This document shows positions 56,320 to 64,000 of a stretch of DNA of 64,000 nt, piece by piece (the stretch's first letter is position 1; the number at the start of each line of letters is the position of its first letter). The stretch lies in NCBI GenBank assembly GCA_963792415.1, contig CAWBVY010000006.1, positions 832,001 to 896,000 on the forward strand, given 5' to 3'. The notes beneath the pieces were generated by a model, which worked only from the letters and a program-made list of their open reading frames with translations, ran no database searches and was not told the origin of the DNA. The position numbers and the translations under genes are program-made. The stretch is from Candidatus Deferrimicrobiaceae bacterium (lineage in GTDB: Bacteria; Desulfobacterota; Deferrimicrobia; Deferrimicrobiales; Deferrimicrobiaceae).

Positions 56320-57077
56320 TCGTCGTCCCCCAGGTACACCCGGATCACCTCCCGGTTCTTCTGGATCGCGAGGGGGCGATCCTCGGCGATCTTCTCCCCG
56401 TAGCTCACCACGACGACCTCGTCCGAGATCTTCATGACGAGCGACATGTCGTGCTCCACGAGGAGCACGGTGACGCCCATGTCCCGGATCCTCGAGATCA
56501 ACCCCCCCATTTCGTTCGTTTCCCGCATGTTCAGCCCGGCCGCGGGTTCGTCGAGCAGGAGGAGCTTCGGCTCGCAGGCGAGCGCCCGGCCGATCTCGAC
56601 GACGCGCTGCTGGCCGTAGGCGAGACTGGTCGCCTCCGTCCCGGCATGGTCGACGATGCCGAGCATCTCCATGATCCCGAAGCTCTTCTCCCGGATCCGC
56701 CGCTCCTCCTTCCACGTGAACGGCAGGTTCATCATCCCGGCGAGGAACCCCGCCCGGCTGTGGACGTGGCGCCCGACCATGATGTTCTCGAGAGCCGTCA
56801 TCTTCGGGAAGAGACGGATATGCTGGAACGTTCGCACCATGCCGCGGGTGGCGACCTCGCAGGACGACATGCCGTGGATCTCCGTCCCCCCGAAAACGAT
56901 CTCGCCGGAATCGGGAAGGAGGAACCCGGAGATCAGGTTGAAGATCGTCGTCTTCCCCGCGCCGTTCGGCCCGATCAGCGCCTTGATCGCTCCCGCGGCG
57001 ACATCGAAGGAGAGGTCGTTGACGGCCTGGAGGCCGCCGAACCGCTTGGCGATCCCCCGGACCGAAAGAAGCGTCAC
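56313..57077 (-). CDS. Branched-chain amino acid-type ABC ATPase (LivG-like)
   Basis: FGGLQAV, GPNGAGKT, DEPAAGLN and VIRVYLG motifs. Confidence 0.92.
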   Translation of the reverse strand: MTLLSVRGIAKRFGGLQAVNDLSFDVAAGAIKALIGPNGAGKTTIFNLISGFLLPDSGEIVFGGTEIHGMSSCEVATRGMVRTFQHIRLFPKMTALENIMVGRHVHSRAGFLAGMMNLPFTWKEERRIREKSFGIMEMLGIVDHAGTEATSLAYGQQRVVEIGRALACEPKLLLLDEPAAGLNMRETNEMGGLISRIRDMGVTVLLVEHDMSLVMKISDEVVVVSYGEKIAEDRPLAIQKNREVIRVYLGDDEC

Positions 57078-58147
57078 GGTGCCTCCTCTTCGGCGGGATT
57101 CCGGGAGATCATCCGTTTCATGTCGGAGAAGAGATGACGCCGCAGAAGCCCGTCGGGCGCGAACAGCATGATCAGGATGAGGATGGCGCCGAAGACGGCG
57201 TCGTCGTAGGTCCCGAAATACCCGCGGAGCGACAGGTAGTTCAGCACGAGGCTCATCGACAGGGCGCCCCACAGGTTCGCCATCCCGCCGATCGCGACGA
57301 TCGCGACGTATCGCACCGACTTCATCACCCCCGCCTCGGACGGGCCGATGCCGCCGTTGTAATGGGTGAGAAGAACCCCGGCCACGGCGGCGAACACCGC
57401 GCTCAAGACGAACGTATGCAGCTTGTAGCGGGCCGTCGGGATTCCCATCGCCTCCGCCGCGTCCTCGGCGCCGTGCACCGCCGCGAGGGCCCTTCCGACC
57501 CGGGAATCGACCAGGTTCAGCAGGAGGACCATCCCGAGGATGACCAGCCCCCATGCCAGGTAGTAGTTGGAGATCCGGGAAGAGGCGTTTCCGGTGATCA
57601 ACACCCCCCCCGGGAGGGGGAACCCGGGGACTTCGGAGATCCCGTCCGCCGCCCCGAGGAATTCGGTCCCCAGAACGATGCGATAGACGATGATGCCGAT
57701 CCCGAGGGTCGCCATGGCGAGGTAGTGGCCCTTCAGCTTCAGGACCGGTCCTCCCACAAGATACGCGACGACCACCGTCAGGAGGATCGCTGCCACGCAG
57801 GCCAGCCAGGGATGAACCGTCTGGAGGCTGCCCCCGTAAATGTCGTGGCGGGCGACCAGCGCCCCCGATCTCTCCAGCAGGGAGACGACGGGCCCCTGCT
57901 GGGATTTCAGGTCGAAGGTCGTCAGGAACGCCGCCACGTACCCGCCGATGGCGAAGAACCCGGCATGGCCGAGCGAGATCTGCCCCGCGTATCCGATGAG
58001 CATGCAGAGGCCGACGACGACCAGAGAATAGTACGCGGTCATGGTCAACTGGGTCAGGTAATACGGGGTGCCTGTAACGAGGGTCGCCAGCTGGATCGCG
58101 ACGATGAGGCCGGCGAAGGCGGACACGGCGAAGTATCTCCGCGCCAT
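57074..58147 (-). CDS. Branched-chain amino acid-type ABC permease (LivM-like)
   Basis: GYAGQISLGHAGF and LKGHYLAMATLG motifs. Confidence 0.9.
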   Translation of the reverse strand: MARRYFAVSAFAGLIVAIQLATLVTGTPYYLTQLTMTAYYSLVVVGLCMLIGYAGQISLGHAGFFAIGGYVAAFLTTFDLKSQQGPVVSLLERSGALVARHDIYGGSLQTVHPWLACVAAILLTVVVAYLVGGPVLKLKGHYLAMATLGIGIIVYRIVLGTEFLGAADGISEVPGFPLPGGVLITGNASSRISNYYLAWGLVILGMVLLLNLVDSRVGRALAAVHGAEDAAEAMGIPTARYKLHTFVLSAVFAAVAGVLLTHYNGGIGPSEAGVMKSVRYVAIVAIGGMANLWGALSMSLVLNYLSLRGYFGTYDDAVFGAILILIMLFAPDGLLRRHLFSDMKRMISRNPAEEEAP

Positions 58148-59031
58148 CAGAACTCCTTGAGCCGCGCGGCCTCGGCGCTTCCGAAGATGCCGCTCGGTTT
58201 CAGGAACAGGATGGCGAGCAGGATGGCGATCGAGATCGCCTCCTTGTACGCCGTGGGGAGAACCCAGATGCTGAAGGATTCGAGGATCCCGAGGATCATC
58301 CCGGCCCCGACGGCGGCCGTACTGTTCCCGAGTCCCCCCAGGATGGCGACGGTGAACCCCTTGATGGCAAGCGGCGTCCCGCTGTCGTACTGGACGTAGG
58401 TGATCGGGCAGACGACGGCGCCGCCGATGGCGCCGATCGCCGCGCTGAGCACGAACGAGAGGGTGACCATGTTCCCCGCGTCGATGCCGCAGAGGCGTGC
58501 GGCGTCGCGGTTTGCCGCGCACGCGCGCATCTGCCGGCCAAGCATCGTCAGGTTGAAGAACGCGGTCAGCGCTGCGACCGCGAGTCCGCCGATGCCGACC
58601 ACCCAGAGGACCTGCCACGAGATGTAGACCCCGCCCAGGTTGATGGAGGTCACCGACGAGCCGGTGAAGTAGGGGAGCGCCCGGACGCCTTCCCCCCAGA
58701 TGTGCAACGCGATCTCGCGGATCAGGATCGAGACGCCGATGGTGATGATGACCATCCGCAGCACCGAAGGCTTGTGAAGCCAGCGGATGAAGACGATCTC
58801 GATGACGGCGCCGACGATCATCGTCAGGACGACCGCGAGAAGGATCGCCAGCGGCATCGGCACGAACTGGTGCAGCGTGACGGCGGTCATCCCGCCGAGC
58901 ATCACGAACTCTCCCTGCGCGAAGTTGATGATCCCCGTCGCGTTGTAGATGATGTTGAACCCGATGGCGACGATCGCGTAGATCGTGCCGTACGTGATCC
59001 CCGCGACCAGATATTGAAAGAAGAATTCCAG
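58147..59031 (-). CDS. Branched-chain amino acid-type ABC permease (LivH-like), probable CTG start
   Basis: Frame extends upstream of the ORF-track start through QYLVAGITYGTIYAIVAIGFNIIYNATGIINFAQGEF to a CTG at 59031. Confidence 0.88.
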   Translation of the reverse strand: MEFFFQYLVAGITYGTIYAIVAIGFNIIYNATGIINFAQGEFVMLGGMTAVTLHQFVPMPLAILLAVVLTMIVGAVIEIVFIRWLHKPSVLRMVIITIGVSILIREIALHIWGEGVRALPYFTGSSVTSINLGGVYISWQVLWVVGIGGLAVAALTAFFNLTMLGRQMRACAANRDAARLCGIDAGNMVTLSFVLSAAIGAIGGAVVCPITYVQYDSGTPLAIKGFTVAILGGLGNSTAAVGAGMILGILESFSIWVLPTAYKEAISIAILLAILFLKPSGIFGSAEAARLKEF

Positions 59032-59051
59032 GTCCGCATCCTTTCATCAAA

Positions 59052-59090
59052 CGATCGGGAGCACGCGCGCGACGCGCGTACTCCCGATCG
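59052..59090. other. Intergenic stem-loop after the substrate-binding protein gene
   Basis: CGATCGGGAGCACGCGCG-cga-CGCGCGTACTCCCGATCG, an 18-bp stem with one non-Watson-Crick position and no U tract. Confidence 0.55.
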
Positions 59091-59119
59091 CGACCCCCGG
59101 GATTTCCGACGGTTCCCGC

Positions 59120-60268
59120 TTAATAGATGGCGAACTTCCCGTTCTTCACCGTCAGCATCTCGAAGGCGTCGACGTTGAGGCCGTTGTGGTCCGTCGGCGA
59201 GAAGTTGAAGATGCCGCCGGTGCCGACGAAGCCCTTGAGGTTCTCGATGGCGGTCCGGACCGCCTCCTTGTCCGTCGACTTCGCATTCTCGATCGCCTTG
59301 ATCAGGATGGTGTAGGCGTCGTAGGCGTGGCCGCCGAAGGTGCTGCACTCCTCCCCCGAGCAGAAGGACATGTAGTTCTTCTTGTACTGGAGAAGCACCT
59401 CCCTCTGGGGGTTGCTCTTCGGCAGCATGTCGGCGACAAGAAGCCGGCCGGCCGGGAACAGGACCCCTTCCGCCGCCGCGCCGGCGGCATCGACGTACTT
59501 GATGTTCCCGAACCCGTGGCTCTGGAAGATGGGGATCGTGAGGCCGATCTGGCGCGCGTTCTTGATCACGATCGCCTGCGCCGGCACGATCGACCAGTTG
59601 ATGATCGCCTGGACGTTGGCGGCCTTGATCTTGGTCACCTCGGCCGTCAGGTCGCTCGCCTTGGCGTCGTACACCTCGTTTGCGGCGATCGTGATCCCGT
59701 ACTCCGGCGCGAGCTTCTCGATCTGCCCCTTCCCCGCGTTCCCGAAGCCGGTGTTGCCGGAAAGGACGCCGATCCTGGAGATCTTCATCTTCTTCATCTG
59801 CTGGAAGATCTTGATGACCGCGTCACTGTCCTTCTGGGGGGTCTTGAACACCCACTTCGCGACGGGGTTGACGATCGCCTCTGCCGCGGCGCACGACAGG
59901 AGGATGGTCTTCCCCTCCTCGGCGACGGCCTTGATCTTCATCGTCTCGCCGCTCGTCGAGGGACCGATGATGGCGAACACCTTGTCTTCGTCGATCAACT
60001 GCTTGGCGAAGGAGAAGGCCTTCTCCGGGTTGCCGCCGGAATCCTTGATGATCACCTCGACCTTGCGTCCAAGGACACCTCCCTTGCCGTTCGTGTCCTG
60101 GACGAGCATCTCGAGGGTCCTCGCCTCGGGGCCCCCCAGGAACGATGCCGGGCCGGTCACCGACAGGATCGCGCCGATCTTGATCGGCTCCGCCGCCTGG
60201 GCGAAAGCCCCCGAGAGAAAGACCGCCAGCAGGACCCCCAATACCACCATCCCTTTCTTTCCCTTCAT
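59120..60268 (-). CDS. LivJ/K-family ABC substrate-binding protein
   Basis: Signal peptide, IKIGAILSVTGPAS, IIGPSTSG and FGGHAYDA motifs. Confidence 0.92.
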   Translation of the reverse strand: MKGKKGMVVLGVLLAVFLSGAFAQAAEPIKIGAILSVTGPASFLGGPEARTLEMLVQDTNGKGGVLGRKVEVIIKDSGGNPEKAFSFAKQLIDEDKVFAIIGPSTSGETMKIKAVAEEGKTILLSCAAAEAIVNPVAKWVFKTPQKDSDAVIKIFQQMKKMKISRIGVLSGNTGFGNAGKGQIEKLAPEYGITIAANEVYDAKASDLTAEVTKIKAANVQAIINWSIVPAQAIVIKNARQIGLTIPIFQSHGFGNIKYVDAAGAAAEGVLFPAGRLLVADMLPKSNPQREVLLQYKKNYMSFCSGEECSTFGGHAYDAYTILIKAIENAKSTDKEAVRTAIENLKGFVGTGGIFNFSPTDHNGLNVDAFEMLTVKNGKFAIY

Positions 60269-60487
60269 TTTCCTCTCCTTTCGTTCGTTGGGAATTCGAT
60301 GTTGCCTGTTCCGTTCGACAACGCAAAAACAGCCGAAGATGCTGGGCGATTCAATTGAAAAAACAGGTAATTCCAGTCGTTTTTCCATACTGCCCCGACA
60401 GGAGAACCGGAGGGGCCATACGACGTTGAGCGATGAAACAGACATAATACACACAACAACACCGTAATGCATTTTGTTCGTCAGGAA

Positions 60488-60516
60488 ATTATCGACACAC
60501 TGTTTTACAATAACAA
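60488..60516 (-). promoter_or_regulatory. Putative sigma70 promoter for the liv-paaK operon
   Basis: Minus strand TTGTTA-17 nt-GATAAT in an AT-rich intergenic region. Confidence 0.4.
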
Positions 60517-60590
60517 GCCAATATCTCCGCACCCGGACGAATCCTATCTTAATTCGGGTGCCCCGCTAATACCATGTTATCTTTTCCCCC

Positions 60591-61853
60591 ATGCGAAATT
60601 TCCCTCTCGGCAGGCCGACCTTCCACTACGGATGGGTGATCGTCTTCGCGGGGATGCTCTGCATCCTCGCCTGCCTCGGTTTCGGCCGCTTCGCCCTCGG
60701 GATGCTCCTCCCCTCGATGGCCACGACACTTCACCTCTCGTACTCCCAGATGGGGTTCATCAGCACGGCCAATTTCCTCGGGTACCTCGCCTCGGTTCTC
60801 GTCAGCGCCCACTGGGCGGGCCGGATCGGGTCGCGCAGGCTCATCTTCCTCGCACTGCTGACGGTCGCCGTCTCCATGGCGCTGGTGAGCAGGGCGACCG
60901 GCTTCCTGTCGGTCCTCCTCCTCTACATGATCACCGGCATCGGGAGCGGCGCCACCAACGTCCCGGTGATGGGCCTGGTCGCCGCCTGGTTTTCGAGCGG
61001 CAGGCGGGGGCGGGCCGCCGGCTTCATCGTGATCGGATCCGGGTTCGCCATCATGATCGCAGGCCGCCTGATCCCGTTCCTCAACCGGTGGATCGGCCCC
61101 GAGGGGTGGCGGACCAGCTGGCGCACCCTCGCCGGCCTCGTGGTGCTGATCGCCTTCGTCGCCTTCGGCCTGCTCCGGGACGGCCCCGAGGAGAAGGGCC
61201 TTGCCCCCGTCGGCGCCGACGAAACCGCTGCCCCCGTCGACCCCGGCCCCGGGAATGCCGAGATGAACATCTACCGGAAGGGGATCATCTACTATCTCGG
61301 CGCGATCTACTTCCTGTTCGGCTACACCTACGTGATCTACGCCACCTTCATCGTCACGACCCTGGTCCGGGAGAGGGGGTTCTCGGAGAGCCTGGCGGGC
61401 AATTTCTGGATGTGGGTCGGGTTCCTGAGCCTGTTCTCGGGGCCCGTCTTCGGAACGCTGTCGGACCGGATCGGCCGGAAGGCGGGGCTGATGATCGTCT
61501 TTTCCCTGCAGGCGGTCTCCTACCTTCTCATCGCCACGAGGCTGCCCGGCATCTTCCTTTACCTGTCCATCGCTTTTTTCGGCCTGGTGGCGTGGAGCAT
61601 CCCCTCGATCATGGCGGCGGCCATCGGCGATTACGTCGGTCCGAAGAAGGCCGCCGCCGCCATCGGCTTCGTCACGTTCATCTTCGGGTTCGGGCAGATT
61701 TCCGGTCCCGCCGTCGCCGGTGTGCTTGCGGAACGGACCGGGTCCTTTTCCAGCTCCTTCTACATGGCCGCCGCGTTCGCCGGCGCAGCGATCGTGCTGG
61801 CCGCATTCCTCCGGAAGCCGGAAACGGATCCGGCCGGGGATCAGAGGGCGTAG
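60591..61853 (+). CDS. MFS transporter (YbfB/YjiJ-like)
   Basis: [21 protein letters not shown] and LSDRIGRK motifs; about 12 TM helices. Confidence 0.88.
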   Translation: MRNFPLGRPTFHYGWVIVFAGMLCILACLGFGRFALGMLLPSMATTLHLSYSQMGFISTANFLGYLASVLVSAHWAGRIGSRRLIFLALLTVAVSMALVSRATGFLSVLLLYMITGIGSGATNVPVMGLVAAWFSSGRRGRAAGFIVIGSGFAIMIAGRLIPFLNRWIGPEGWRTSWRTLAGLVVLIAFVAFGLLRDGPEEKGLAPVGADETAAPVDPGPGNAEMNIYRKGIIYYLGAIYFLFGYTYVIYATFIVTTLVRERGFSESLAGNFWMWVGFLSLFSGPVFGTLSDRIGRKAGLMIVFSLQAVSYLLIATRLPGIFLYLSIAFFGLVAWSIPSIMAAAIGDYVGPKKAAAAIGFVTFIFGFGQISGPAVAGVLAERTGSFSSSFYMAAAFAGAAIVLAAFLRKPETDPAGDQRA

Positions 61854-62272
61854 ACTTCCTCCGCCCGAAGCACCCGGACCGACGCATCCAGAAGGACCCG
61901 GGTCGCCTTGTCCAGCTCGTCGAACCGGAAGATGATGATCGCGTTGTCCCCCGACCGCTGGACGAAGGCGTACATGTACTCCACGTTGATCCCGGCCTTG
62001 TCGAGCGTCGACAGGATTCCGGCCAGCCCCCCGGGGGAGTCCGGAACCTCGAGAGCGACCACCTCGGTCTTGGCCACCGTGAACCCGCTCTCCTTGAGGA
62101 TCTGCTTGGCCCGGTCCGTGCTGTTCACGATGAGACGCAGAATCCCGAAGTCCGCAGTGTCGGCCAGCGACAGGGCGCGGATATTGACCCCCGCCTTCGC
62201 CAGCACTTCCGTGACCTCCGCGAGCCGCCCCGATTTGTTCTCGAGGAATATCGAAATCTGCTCCACTTTCAT
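61841..62272 (-). CDS. Tandem ACT domain protein
   Basis: [23 protein letters not shown] and [12 protein letters not shown] motifs. Confidence 0.9.
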   Translation of the reverse strand: MKVEQISIFLENKSGRLAEVTEVLAKAGVNIRALSLADTADFGILRLIVNSTDRAKQILKESGFTVAKTEVVALEVPDSPGGLAGILSTLDKAGINVEYMYAFVQRSGDNAIIIFRFDELDKATRVLLDASVRVLRAEEVYAL

Positions 62273-62340
62273 CCCGAGCCCTCCTTGCGAAGATGTCTTC
62301 CGCGGCGCTACCCCCGAAGCGACGGCGGTCCCGTGCCGGA

Positions 62341-63642
62341 TCAGAGCTTGCGCTGGTCGATGACGCGTTTCGCCTTCCCCTCGCTACGCTGGATCGTCTT
62401 GGGCTCCACGAGCTTGACCTTGCAGGAGACGCCGAGCAGGTCCTTGATGTCGTGCTCGACCCGGCGGGCGAGTCCCTCGAGCCCCTTCACCTCGTCCGAG
62501 AAGATCGCCTCGTTCACCTCGACCTGGACTTCGAGGACGTCCAGCGACCCCTCGCGGGTGACGATCAGCTGGTAGTGCGGCTCCACGCCTTCCACGGCGA
62601 TCAGCACGGACTCGATCTGGGACGGGAAGACGTTGACCCCCCGGATGATGAGCATGTCGTCCGTGCGTCCCGAGATCCGCTCCATCCGCACGTGCGTGCG
62701 GCCGCAGGAGCACGGGGCCAGGGAGAGGCGGGAGATGTCCCGCGTCCGGTACCGGACGACGGGGAACGCCTCCTTCGTCACCGTGGTGAAGACGAGTTCG
62801 CCGATCTCGCCGTACGGAAGGGATTCTCCCGTCGCGGGATCGATGATCTCCGGAAGGAAATGGTCCTCGAAGACGTGCAGGCCGTGCTTCTCCTCCAGGC
62901 ACTCCGACGCCACGCCGGGACCGATCACCTCGGAGAGTCCGTAGATGTCGAGAGCGTCGATCTGCAGCACCTTCTCGATCTCCTTGCGCATCGCCTCGCT
63001 CCAAGGCTCGGCGCCGAAGAGGCCGCAGGCAAGCTTGAGGGTTGCGGGGTCCACTCCCTCCTCCGCCATTACCTCCGCCAGGTTCAGCGCATAGGACGGG
63101 GTGGAGAGCAGGATCGTCGACCCGAAGTCCTGCATCAGCATGATCTGGCGCTTGCTGTTCCCCCCGGACACGGGGATGACCGCCGCGCCGATCTTTTCCG
63201 CGCCGTAATGGGCGCCCAGGCCTCCCGTGAATAGTCCGTACCCGTACGCATTATGGACCACATCCCCTTTCGTGGTGCCCCCGCAGGAGAGCGTCCGGGC
63301 CATCAGCTCGGCCCACGTGCCGATGTCCCGCTTCGTGTATCCGACCACGACGGGCTTTCCGGTGGTGCCCGAGGAGGCGTGGATCCGCACCACCCTCTCC
63401 ATCGGCACGGCGAACAGCCCGAACGGGTAGGTGTCCCTCAGGTCCGTCTTCGTGGTGAACGGAAGGCGGGACAGGTCCGACAGGGACCGGAGGTCCCCCG
63501 GCCGATACCCCTGCTCCTCGAACTTCCCCCGGTAGAACGGCACCGTCTTGTAGACCCGGTCCACCAGCTTGCGAAGCCGCTCGAGCTGGAGCGCCTCGAG
63601 CGCCTCCCGCGGAAGGGTTTCGAACTCCTCGTTCCAGATCAT
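62341..63642 (-). CDS. paaK: Phenylacetate--CoA ligase family protein (copy 2)
   Basis: [21 protein letters not shown] and [18 protein letters not shown] motifs. Confidence 0.92.
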   Translation of the reverse strand: MIWNEEFETLPREALEALQLERLRKLVDRVYKTVPFYRGKFEEQGYRPGDLRSLSDLSRLPFTTKTDLRDTYPFGLFAVPMERVVRIHASSGTTGKPVVVGYTKRDIGTWAELMARTLSCGGTTKGDVVHNAYGYGLFTGGLGAHYGAEKIGAAVIPVSGGNSKRQIMLMQDFGSTILLSTPSYALNLAEVMAEEGVDPATLKLACGLFGAEPWSEAMRKEIEKVLQIDALDIYGLSEVIGPGVASECLEEKHGLHVFEDHFLPEIIDPATGESLPYGEIGELVFTTVTKEAFPVVRYRTRDISRLSLAPCSCGRTHVRMERISGRTDDMLIIRGVNVFPSQIESVLIAVEGVEPHYQLIVTREGSLDVLEVQVEVNEAIFSDEVKGLEGLARRVEHDIKDLLGVSCKVKLVEPKTIQRSEGKAKRVIDQRKL

Positions 63643-64000
63643 CGGTCTCCCCCTCGTACCGTGTATGTGTTGGTGCGGAGCTCCGACGGCGACAGCAGCG
63701 ACCGCCCCATGCGGAAGGCGGCGACGTTCACCGCGACGATCCGCTCCGGCAGACTCCCCTTCAGGGCCTTTTCGTACGCCTCTTCCGGGAGCGGGAGAAA
63801 GTGGGAGGCCGCGCCGACCATCACCATGTTCACCGCGCGGACCTCGCGCAGCGACAGCGCCGCCGTCAGGGCGTCCACCAGGTGGAGCCGGTCCGTCACC
63901 GCGGCAAGGCGCTCCGTAACGTCCGCGGGGTACCTTTCCTGCCCGGTCGCCACCGACGGCGGGGAGATCTCCTGGGCGTTCACCACCATCGCGCCGCCGG
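63639..64000 (-). CDS. iorB: Indolepyruvate:ferredoxin oxidoreductase beta subunit (3' part)
   Basis: [20 protein letters not shown] and VNVAAFRMG motifs; context with paaK and ACT. Confidence 0.8.
   Translation of the reverse strand, partial: GGAMVVNAQEISPPSVATGQERYPADVTERLAAVTDRLHLVDALTAALSLREVRAVNMVMVGAASHFLPLPEEAYEKALKGSLPERIVAVNVAAFRMGRSLLSPSELRTNTYTVRGGDR

Noticed and set aside
59340-59380. CSGEEC pair in the LivK-like binding protein
   Set aside because: Probably a local periplasmic disulfide loop; no evidence for anything more

Overview
High-GC bacterial chromosome segment with deltaproteobacterial (Desulfobacterota/MBNT15-like) gene order; the taxonomy is inferred from synteny only. 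Most of the window is housekeeping: rplM, ilvBNC-psd-pssA-leuCDB-asd-truA, rpsB-tsf-pyrH-frr-uppS-cdsA-dxr-rseP-tsaB, M23-secA-argJ, an Opp/Dpp peptide ABC transporter, bioB, pgk-ligA-acyP-amrS, rsmI, and an iorB/paaK/ACT/LIV-ABC cluster. The notable non-housekeeping signals are six. (1) A decayed integron at about 3.3-4.6 kb, with an internally deleted intI, two attC sites and at least two lower-GC cassettes. (2) A 166-bp IS630-like MITE whose terminal repeat appears to supply the start codon of a lipoprotein gene. (3) A receiver-AAA+ 'pseudo-enhancer-binding protein' with degenerate ATPase and GAFTGA motifs and no HTH, coupled to a tiny secreted, C-terminally anchored protein. (4) A terminator-like hairpin inside the 5' end of truA. 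(5) An orphan MshEN-PilB ATPase with a C-terminal double zinc ribbon. (6) A probable CTG start for livH. No rRNA, tRNA or CRISPR array was seen. All calls come from reading the sequence and ORF track by eye, with no database searches.
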